This document shows positions 56,926 to 64,000 of a stretch of 64,000 nt of DNA, in pieces. The stretch is from a bacterium (GTDB lineage: Bacteria > Patescibacteriota > Patescibacteriia > UBA1558 > UBA10009). Location of the stretch: NCBI GenBank assembly GCA_018672055.1, contig JABHGM010000001.1, forward strand, positions 72,884-136,883, written 5' to 3'. The position numbers and the translations under genes were made by a program. Every line of letters starts with the position of its first letter. The stretch's first letter is position 1. The notes beneath the pieces were generated by a model. That model was not told the origin of the DNA, did not search any database, and was given only the letters and a program-made list of their open reading frames with translations.

Positions 56926-58143
56926 ATGAAACTATCAAAAAGAGCTGAAAATATGCCAGAAAGTCCAATTAGAAAATTGGCTGAGTATGGAATCAAAGCT
57001 CAAAAAAAAGGTATTAAAATCTATCATTTAAATATTGGTCAACCAGACTTAGGTCCGCCACCAATTGTTTATGATTATTTAAATAAATATGATGATAAAT
57101 GTATAGCCTATAGTCATTCTAAGGGTGAGCAAGAGTATTTAGATGCTTTAGTAAAATACTATCATGACTTAGGACATACTGATTTAAGTTCAAATAACTT
57201 TATTGCTACTCTAGGTGGCAGTGAAGCAATTCTCTGGTCTATAATGACAGTAGCAGATCCAGGAGATGAAATTTTAACTTTTGAACCTTTCTATACTAAC
57301 TACCATAGTTACTGCACTATGGCTGATATAAAACTAGTGCCAATTGAAACAAAAATTGAAACTGGGTTTCATTTACCAAGTAAAGAGGAGATTATAAAAA
57401 AGATTAGTAATAAAACAAAAGCCATATTAATTTGTAATCCTAATAATCCTACTGGAACAATTTATAATCATAAAGAATTAACTATGGTTTACGATATCTG
57501 TAAAGAAAATAATATACTTCTTTTAAGTGATGAAGTATATCGCGAATTTAGTTATGATGGTCATGAAGTTATCTCTGCTCTAACTATTGAAAAAGAATTA
57601 GAACCAAATACAGATGATAGTAGAGTAATAATACTAGATAGTTTTTCAAAAAGATTTTCTTTATGTGGAGCTAGAATAGGTTTTGCTTGCTCTAGGAATC
57701 AAAAAATTATGGATGTTATGCTTAGATATGGTCAATCACGTTTAGCTGCTTCCTCCATAATTCAACAAATGACTACAGAAGCAATTAATAAAAATATTGA
57801 TTATATAAAAAAAGTAGTTGATAAATTTTCTGAACAAAGACAAGCCTTAATCAATGGATTAAAAAAAATAGACGGAGTAATTTTTCAAGAACCAGAAGGT
57901 GCTTTTTATATAATAGCTAAGCTGCCAGTTGATGATGCTGAAAAATTTTCTAAATGGTTACTTACAGATTATAATGATAAGAATGAAACAATTATGTTAG
58001 CTCCAGCTAATGGCTTCTATCTAACTGAAGGTTTGGGTAAGGATGAAGTTAGAATAGCTTATGTTTTGAAAAAAGATGATTTAGTAAGAGCTATGGAAAT
58101 ACTTAATTTAGCCATTTCAAAATGGAAAACAATTAATCATTAA
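56926..58143 (+). CDS. Pyridoxal-phosphate-dependent aminotransferase, class I (aspartate aminotransferase family)
   Basis: NIGQPDLGPPP, ILICNPNNPTGT, and the SFSKRFSLCGARIG PLP-lysine motif. Confidence 0.8.
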   Translation: MKLSKRAENMPESPIRKLAEYGIKAQKKGIKIYHLNIGQPDLGPPPIVYDYLNKYDDKCIAYSHSKGEQEYLDALVKYYHDLGHTDLSSNNFIATLGGSEAILWSIMTVADPGDEILTFEPFYTNYHSYCTMADIKLVPIETKIETGFHLPSKEEIIKKISNKTKAILICNPNNPTGTIYNHKELTMVYDICKENNILLLSDEVYREFSYDGHEVISALTIEKELEPNTDDSRVIILDSFSKRFSLCGARIGFACSRNQKIMDVMLRYGQSRLAASSIIQQMTTEAINKNIDYIKKVVDKFSEQRQALINGLKKIDGVIFQEPEGAFYIIAKLPVDDAEKFSKWLLTDYNDKNETIMLAPANGFYLTEGLGKDEVRIAYVLKKDDLVRAMEILNLAISKWKTINH

Positions 58144-58155
58144 TCATACATTAAT

Positions 58156-58260
58156 ATGGAAGATGCAAAATGTTCATGCGAGTGTGAAGCTTGCGGCTCA
58201 GGAAGCTGTAATAAATGTGAATCATGTAATGGTTGTAAATGTGCTAGTTGTAAGTGCTAA
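58156..58260 (+). CDS. Metallothionein-like Cys-rich peptide (34 aa, 12 Cys)
   Basis: Not in the ORF track. MEDAKCSCECEACGSGSCNKCESCNGCKCASCKC. Followed by a perfect terminator AGACTTAAGTTT-ttaa-AAACTTAAGTCT plus T-run (58268-58300). Confidence 0.45.
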   Translation: MEDAKCSCECEACGSGSCNKCESCNGCKCASCKC

Positions 58261-58267
58261 GATATAA

Positions 58268-58300
58268 AAAAGACTTAAGTTTTTAAACTTAAGTCTTTTT
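58268..58300 (+). terminator. Rho-independent terminator after the Cys-rich peptide gene
   Basis: 12-bp perfect inverted repeat plus TTTTT. Confidence 0.65.
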
Positions 58301-58340
58301 AATTTGATATTTTTTAAATTAAAGATATAATACAAGATAT

Positions 58341-59333
58341 ATGAAAATACTTGGAATCGAAACATCATGCGATGAAACAGCTGCTTCTTTAATAGAAGTA
58401 GATGATAAAAAGATTAAGATAATAAATAATCTTGTTTTGTCACAGATTGATATACATAATAAATATGGCGGTATAGTACCAGAAGTAGCAGCCAGAAAAC
58501 ACGTTGAAGCTATAATACCCATAATAGAAGAGTCTATTGGTAATAATAAGATAGATTTAATTTCGGTTACTCAAGGTCCCGGACTTATCACCTCTCTTCA
58601 AGTAGGCCTACAAACAGCTAAAACCCTATCATACGCTAAACATATACCTTTGGTTGGTATTAATCACTTAGAAGCTCATTTATGGAGTTTTAAGCTAACT
58701 AATTATGTAGATATTAAACTACCTGCACTTGGTTTAATAGTATCAGGTGGTCATACAGAACTAATACTAATTAAAAAAATGGGTAAATATGAATTAATCG
58801 GTAGAACTAGAGATGATGCAGTTGGTGAAGCCTTTGATAAAGTAGCTAAGCTTTTAAATCTAGGTTTCCCTGGTGGGCCAATAATAAGCAAATTAGCTTT
58901 AAAAGGTAATTCAGATGAAATAGAATTACCAAGACCCATGATGCATTCAAAAGATTTTGATTTTAGTTTCTCTGGACTTAAAACATCTGTAAAGTATCTA
59001 ATAAAAGAAAATCCTAAAATTAATGTAAATAATTTATGTAGCTCTTTTGAACAAGCAGCAGTTGATGTCTTAACTCATAAAACATTTAAAGCTGCCTCTA
59101 AATACAAAGTTAAATCAATAATAATTGGTGGTGGTGTAAGTGCTAATAATAGATTAAGAGAAGAATTAAAAAATAAAGCTTTAAAATTTAAATACAACTT
59201 CTATTCTCCAGAAATAGAACATACCGGTGATAATGCAGCTATGGTAGCCTATGCAGGTTATATAAATAAAAAAGCAGCTAGCTTAAAATCATATAAAAAG
59301 CTGACTGCTCAATCAAATATGAAATTAGTTTAA
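58341..59333 (+). CDS. tsaD: tRNA N6-adenosine threonylcarbamoyltransferase TsaD (Kae1/YgjD family)
   Basis: MKILGIETSCDETAASL hallmark and metal-binding HLEAH motif. Confidence 0.85.
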   Translation: MKILGIETSCDETAASLIEVDDKKIKIINNLVLSQIDIHNKYGGIVPEVAARKHVEAIIPIIEESIGNNKIDLISVTQGPGLITSLQVGLQTAKTLSYAKHIPLVGINHLEAHLWSFKLTNYVDIKLPALGLIVSGGHTELILIKKMGKYELIGRTRDDAVGEAFDKVAKLLNLGFPGGPIISKLALKGNSDEIELPRPMMHSKDFDFSFSGLKTSVKYLIKENPKINVNNLCSSFEQAAVDVLTHKTFKAASKYKVKSIIIGGGVSANNRLREELKNKALKFKYNFYSPEIEHTGDNAAMVAYAGYINKKAASLKSYKKLTAQSNMKLV

Positions 59334-59460
59334 AACTCTATAATCAATTAAAACCTTGACAAAAACTCATACTTATGATACTCTATTTTGATGCTCGTTG
59401 ACATTAAATACATCAAAGTATTTTAAATTAAACTGAAACAAACCCCAAAGGAGGGACAAA

Positions 59461-61746
59461 ATGAATAATAATGAATCAATTGAAGCTACTGAAGCTATCA
59501 ATGAACTAAACAGGGAATTCAAGGATAAATCCAAAAAAGTGAGATCTCGCATTCAGAAAACTATGATAAGTTTTTACTATCCCGAATCTCAAGAAACACT
59601 CAAAGAATTAATTCTCTCTGCTCTAGTCTTGTGGCGCTTTGCCCTTAATACTCTTACTAACCACTCTTGGGAAATCCGCAGAAAATTTTTAAGTCAATTT
59701 ATTGATCATGAAAATTACGGCATACGGCTGGTAGCACAAATTGAATCGTTACCAACTTCAATCTGGAGAAAAATACTATGGAAGCAAAATATCGATTTTG
59801 TTACCTTTGAATCATTCTTAAGAAGAATAAGTTCTTTAAGTGCCGATGCAATAAATAATAATTATTCTGATTTAATGTCAGGAAAATTACCAAGCATTCT
59901 CAATAAAGTAGCTATCTCCTTTAAGAAAATCACTGTTGACAAGTTATTGAATGAACCGCTTAATCTAGATAAGAGATATATGAGTAAGAATTCAATGTCT
60001 TACAATTTACTCAGTCTAGATTTCGGATTCAATGCTTACCCCAAAGGACCTGATGATGATACTAAAGTATTAGAGATAAGTCCATTACGATTCATCTCCA
60101 AAAAGAAACATGTTGATGACTTCGTGGTTAACAAAGAAGACGGAAAATACTGGTGGCTATATCGAACAGCTCGCAGTAACTATGTCGTAAATTCAAAAAA
60201 AGAAGTTAAATTAAATACTCATATCTGCCCTGGCTTCTCGTATACATTAATCATCCATTCTCTATTCTGGATAGTATCACCTATTGCCTTTGTTATTTTC
60301 CTAATAATGTTTATGACTCAAGGCATGCTAGATTCAAATATTTGGATTATTGTTGGACTTATATCTTCTGGAATGATTACTCCTCTCTGGCTAATCAGCG
60401 CTGTATTAAAACCGATTATGATATTTATTAGCAAATACATGCCTAATTATGAAATCTCAAAAGAACAAAAAAAGAAGATAGGAGTAATAACTAACTGGGT
60501 ACTTATTGCTACCAGCAGTTTATCAGCACTCTGCCTTATATTTTTTAACTTTTACCATATAATAGATTTTATAACCACATGCTTCTATTATTTTGGAATG
60601 GTACCAGTTCTTGCAGTGCTTTTGCTTTTGACTGTTTATATTGGGTATAAGATATACTACTATAATACAACTTCTCATTATCATCCAGAACTGTCTGATT
60701 ACCCATTGATAATACAATTAATCATGGTAGCTATTGTAACACCATTCGTTATAAATTTCTTTACGATTTATAATACATGGCTATGGAGCATTGTTGTAAC
60801 TTGTTACACATATATTCTCCATATAATTACAATAGCATTGACAGTATTGCTCAATATCATAGCAATATTCGGTATAGCTTCATTGATATTCGTTCTGCCT
60901 ATTATCTTATCACTAATGCTTGTATTCTTTAGTCGACTTGATGAAGAAAAACAAATTAAACTAGCTCAGTTTGCTGAAAAAGCTTTCTTCTATTCTTACT
61001 TTGTTATACTCTTTATCGGTATCTGTTCGTTATCATACACTATTTATTTACGCAGTGGTCTAATAGGTAAAGACATGATTTATGTGATAAGCACATTACT
61101 AACTATTGGATTGTTCTCTTGGATAATGAAAATGGTAAGCTTCCGTATGAATCCAAGGATAAAAATGATCATACAAGATGCTAAAGATGCTGTCTATGTA
61201 AGTATGATTTCTAATTACGAAAGAATCAAGTACACTCCAAACTACAAAGACATATTAAAGAATGAATGGTTAATTTCAATGGATAGTAATAAAAGGTCTA
61301 AAGCAATAAACAAAATAATCTATGATTTCATACATATCTTCATAAAAAAAGATAATGCATTTAGCTGCTGTAACGCATCTATGCCATACATCAACGCTAA
61401 ATCATTAAATCTAATCTTAAAACACGCAGACGACCTTATATTTCTTATGAATGATAGATTACGTCATTATACTATTTCATATATAGTTATAGATGGTGAA
61501 GAGTTTGAAGAAGCAATGAAACGTGGCAAGGAAGATCTAAAAATTTATGATAAAACGATTTTAACATTAAAGAATATAGGTAAACTTGCAGCTGTCATCC
61601 CTAACCTTATTCTGTTATTCATCAAGGCTATCATATCTGGAATATTATGGATTTGGAATGCAATAAAAACTCTCTATCGGCTCTACGAATTATTCCAAGA
61701 GCGATGTCCGTACGTTGCAAAACCTAAAACTCTGTACATTAAATAA
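59461..61746 (+). CDS. Large hypothetical membrane protein (cytoplasmic N-domain, central multi-TM region)
   Basis: 761-aa ORF with a strong SD (AAGGAGG-N6-ATG). ≥8 hydrophobic helices between aa ~260 and 560. No diagnostic motif. Confidence 0.45.
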   Translation: MNNNESIEATEAINELNREFKDKSKKVRSRIQKTMISFYYPESQETLKELILSALVLWRFALNTLTNHSWEIRRKFLSQFIDHENYGIRLVAQIESLPTSIWRKILWKQNIDFVTFESFLRRISSLSADAINNNYSDLMSGKLPSILNKVAISFKKITVDKLLNEPLNLDKRYMSKNSMSYNLLSLDFGFNAYPKGPDDDTKVLEISPLRFISKKKHVDDFVVNKEDGKYWWLYRTARSNYVVNSKKEVKLNTHICPGFSYTLIIHSLFWIVSPIAFVIFLIMFMTQGMLDSNIWIIVGLISSGMITPLWLISAVLKPIMIFISKYMPNYEISKEQKKKIGVITNWVLIATSSLSALCLIFFNFYHIIDFITTCFYYFGMVPVLAVLLLLTVYIGYKIYYYNTTSHYHPELSDYPLIIQLIMVAIVTPFVINFFTIYNTWLWSIVVTCYTYILHIITIALTVLLNIIAIFGIASLIFVLPIILSLMLVFFSRLDEEKQIKLAQFAEKAFFYSYFVILFIGICSLSYTIYLRSGLIGKDMIYVISTLLTIGLFSWIMKMVSFRMNPRIKMIIQDAKDAVYVSMISNYERIKYTPNYKDILKNEWLISMDSNKRSKAINKIIYDFIHIFIKKDNAFSCCNASMPYINAKSLNLILKHADDLIFLMNDRLRHYTISYIVIDGEEFEEAMKRGKEDLKIYDKTILTLKNIGKLAAVIPNLILLFIKAIISGILWIWNAIKTLYRLYELFQERCPYVAKPKTLYIK

Positions 61747-61825
61747 TATACGAAAAGTATTAACACAGGCTGAGAATTTATTCTCAGCCTTTTTTTAATT
61801 CTGATTAATCGTTAATTTAAACTCA

Positions 61826-62194
61826 TCAATTTACATTAAAATACATAACTACTAAACCAGCAAAAAGTAAAATACCAAGTACTAACATTAAATAGAGTTT
61901 TAATTTTTGTTCTTTTGAATCAAGATCATTCCATCTAACACGATTAGCTTCCCATTTACTCTTGTTAGCAAGACCAACAACTAGAAATACTAAACCTATA
62001 ATAAATAAGCTACTTAACTCATATTCTCTTCTAAATAATGAAGGAAGACCTATTATAGTCCAGATTAAACCTATTATAAAAAAGTTATAATAATCAGGTG
62101 GTCTTTTATTCTTTTTTGATACGAATATTGCTACTATGCCAAATACTACAAGTAGTATAGCAACAGCAACTAAAATCCAAGGTATTTGACCCAT
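61826..62194 (-). CDS. Small membrane protein, hypothetical
   Basis: 122 aa with 4 predicted TM helices. Confidence 0.4.
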   Translation of the reverse strand: MGQIPWILVAVAILLVVFGIVAIFVSKKNKRPPDYYNFFIIGLIWTIIGLPSLFRREYELSSLFIIGLVFLVVGLANKSKWEANRVRWNDLDSKEQKLKLYLMLVLGILLFAGLVVMYFNVN

Positions 62195-62206
62195 AAATTT
62201 AAATGA

Positions 62207-62425
62207 TTAGTTTATTAAATAAAAAGCAATAAAAGTATGGACTAGTACTGAAGTAAAGAATAACCACCATAACTGGCAATGTTTAAGATGTAACCACATA
62301 AACCACTTATATCTTGATAAGAATAAAGCTAACTTACCATTAGTTAAGCACCGACAACTAAGCAGGATTAGTAAAATGAAAAATATATTTAAAATACCAG
62401 CTATTATTAATATGTTACTAAGCAT
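62207..62425 (-). CDS. Small membrane protein, hypothetical (Cys/His/Trp-containing)
   Basis: 72 aa with 2 TM helices and CRC...HC motifs. Between the cupredoxin gene and the 122-aa membrane protein. Confidence 0.35.
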   Translation of the reverse strand: MLSNILIIAGILNIFFILLILLSCRCLTNGKLALFLSRYKWFMWLHLKHCQLWWLFFTSVLVHTFIAFYLIN

Positions 62426-62432
62426 AATATAT

Positions 62433-62876
62433 TTATTTAATAATTAGAGTTCCTGTCATATCTATGTGACCTGAACCGCAATAGATAGAACATGTAAAGC
62501 TAAAGGTGCCTACCTTATCTGCTTCAAATATTACTTCAACTTCTTCATTTACATTTAAATCTACATTTATATCAAAATCAGGAATAGCAATACCATGATC
62601 AACATCAATGCTAGTTATCTTCAATTTAACCATGTCTCCCTCATTTACAGTTATAACTGATGGTTCAAATTCCCATTTCTTAGCAATAAGTGAAAACTCT
62701 TTCATTTCAGAATTATCTGAATCATCATTCATTTCATCTTCATCTAAAGCTTCGATTTGATTATCTGAATCATGAGATTCAGCTGACATTGAGTCTTGAG
62801 AAGCTTTATTATCTAAGCAACCACTTAGTAAAATTACTAAAGGTAACATAAATAATGATAATATTATTTTATTCAT
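62433..62876 (-). CDS. Cupredoxin-fold lipoprotein (CuA/blue-copper-like ligand set)
   Basis: Lipobox LLSGC. C-terminal FTCSIYCGSGHIDMTG matches the CxxxCGxxHxxM copper-site pattern. The upstream His (VDHG) also fits a cupredoxin ligand. Confidence 0.6.
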   Translation of the reverse strand: MNKIILSLFMLPLVILLSGCLDNKASQDSMSAESHDSDNQIEALDEDEMNDDSDNSEMKEFSLIAKKWEFEPSVITVNEGDMVKLKITSIDVDHGIAIPDFDINVDLNVNEEVEVIFEADKVGTFSFTCSIYCGSGHIDMTGTLIIK

Positions 62877-62938
62877 ATAATATATTGTTAATAATCTATA
62901 TTAACATTTTACCTAATATAGGTTAATATGTAAATAAT

Positions 62939-63361
62939 ATGTCAGATATAATAACTAATTCACAAGAAGAGACTATTAACTTAGCTAAAGAATATATTAC
63001 TACCTTAAAAGGTAATGTTTTAGGCTTAATTGGTGATCTAGGTACTGGTAAGACTGTCTTTACTCAAGGCTTAGCTAAAGAGCTAGGAGTTAAAGAAATA
63101 GTTAATTCCCCTACCTTTGTCTTAATGAAAGTATATGATACAAATCATAAAGTAATTAAAAAGTTAGTTCATGTTGATGCCTATAGATTAACTAACGCTC
63201 AAGAATTAATTGATATTGGTTTAACAGAATATTTAAATAAAAAAGATACTTTAGTAGTTATTGAATGGGCAGATAAAGTAAAAGATTTTTTACCAAAAGA
63301 AACAATTATGATAAATTTTAAAGAAGGTAATAATATTAATCAAAGAATAATAAATATATGA
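62939..63361 (+). CDS. tsaE: tRNA threonylcarbamoyladenosine biosynthesis ATPase TsaE (YjeE)
   Basis: GDLGTGKTVFTQGLAKELGV (P-loop) and SPTFVLMKVY motifs. Confidence 0.8.
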   Translation: MSDIITNSQEETINLAKEYITTLKGNVLGLIGDLGTGKTVFTQGLAKELGVKEIVNSPTFVLMKVYDTNHKVIKKLVHVDAYRLTNAQELIDIGLTEYLNKKDTLVVIEWADKVKDFLPKETIMINFKEGNNINQRIINI

Positions 63362-64000
63362 AATATAAAGAAAGAGCAGAATTAACAGATAATAAGGTAG
63401 CCAAAACATTATTTGAATTAATGGATCAAAAAGAAACCAATCTATGCGTTGCTGCTGATCTTACTGATTTTAGTGAATTAATAGAATTGATAAATAAAAT
63501 AGGTAATGAGATTTGTATTTTAAAAACACATATTGATATTATTGAAAATTTACCAGATGACTTTGCTAAACAATTACTTGAGCTTAAAGAAAAGTATAAC
63601 TTTTTAATATTTGAAGATAGAAAATTTGCAGATATTGGTAATACAGTTAAAATGCAATATCAAAAAGGCATGTATCATATTGTTGAATGGGCAGATATTA
63701 CTAATTGTCACTCAGTTCCAGGCCCAGGTATTATAGAAGGATTAAAAGAAGTAGCAGATGGTAAAGAAAGAGGCTTATTACTCTTAGCTCAAATGAGTAG
63801 CCAAGATAACTTAGCTCAAGGTAAATACACAGAGAAAACTATAGAAATGGCTAAAAAATATGATGACTTTGTAATAGGTTTTATTGGTATGAAAAAACTA
63901 GTTGAAGATAATAAGTTTATTACCATGACACCAGGTGTTAAATTAGTTGAAGGTACTGATAATTTAAAACAACAATATAATACACCAGAAAAAGTAATAA
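63358..64000 (+). CDS. pyrF: Orotidine-5'-phosphate decarboxylase (3' end beyond window)
   Basis: ATG overlaps the tsaE stop (ATGA). FEDRKFADIGNTV OMPdecase signature. Open to the window end. Confidence 0.75.
   Translation, partial: MKYKERAELTDNKVAKTLFELMDQKETNLCVAADLTDFSELIELINKIGNEICILKTHIDIIENLPDDFAKQLLELKEKYNFLIFEDRKFADIGNTVKMQYQKGMYHIVEWADITNCHSVPGPGIIEGLKEVADGKERGLLLLAQMSSQDNLAQGKYTEKTIEMAKKYDDFVIGFIGMKKLVEDNKFITMTPGVKLVEGTDNLKQQYNTPEKVI

Overview
Low-GC (~30%) bacterial chromosome segment, densely packed and mostly on the minus strand. Gene content suggests a Candidate Phyla Radiation / Patescibacteria-like organism using the standard genetic code (TGA is used as a stop); this lineage call is an inference, not a computed assignment. 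Housekeeping content: rpsF-ssb-rpsR-efp; leuS; valS behind a Val T-box leader; rsmA/ksgA; tsaC, tsaD and tsaE; pilT and pilB; ftsH; rpsA; pyrD-pyrK-pyrE with an argH-like lyase and an amidohydrolase; an rpmF-nusB/Nudix-rnc operon; hsp20; a VanW-like protein; an aspartate-family aminotransferase; the start of pyrF; tRNA-Arg(TCG) and tRNA-Glu(TTC). Accessory and unusual content: (i) nt 1-9954 form an accessory block with an AbiEi/AbiEii toxin-antitoxin pair, an AAA_14/DUF4143 ATPase, and a translationally coupled operon of a THUMP-like RNA methyltransferase plus four tandem paralogs that end in a PEP-utilizing-enzyme phosphohistidine swivel domain; (ii) a four-gene surface operon made of a TSP3-repeat membrane protein, a 2801-aa Cys-rich secreted giant protein, a 1084-aa polytopic membrane protein with (GEKSEK)n repeats, and a 422-aa hypothetical; (iii) ValRS carries a ~190-aa insertion that reads as a histidine-phosphatase-fold domain; (iv) NusB and a Nudix hydrolase are fused in one ORF; (v) several small stand-alone genes and elements not in the ORF track: a 47-aa ORF with perfect SD, promoter and UUCG terminator; a 34-aa metallothionein-like peptide; a ~150-nt structured ncRNA candidate with its own promoter; and a cupredoxin lipoprotein cluster.
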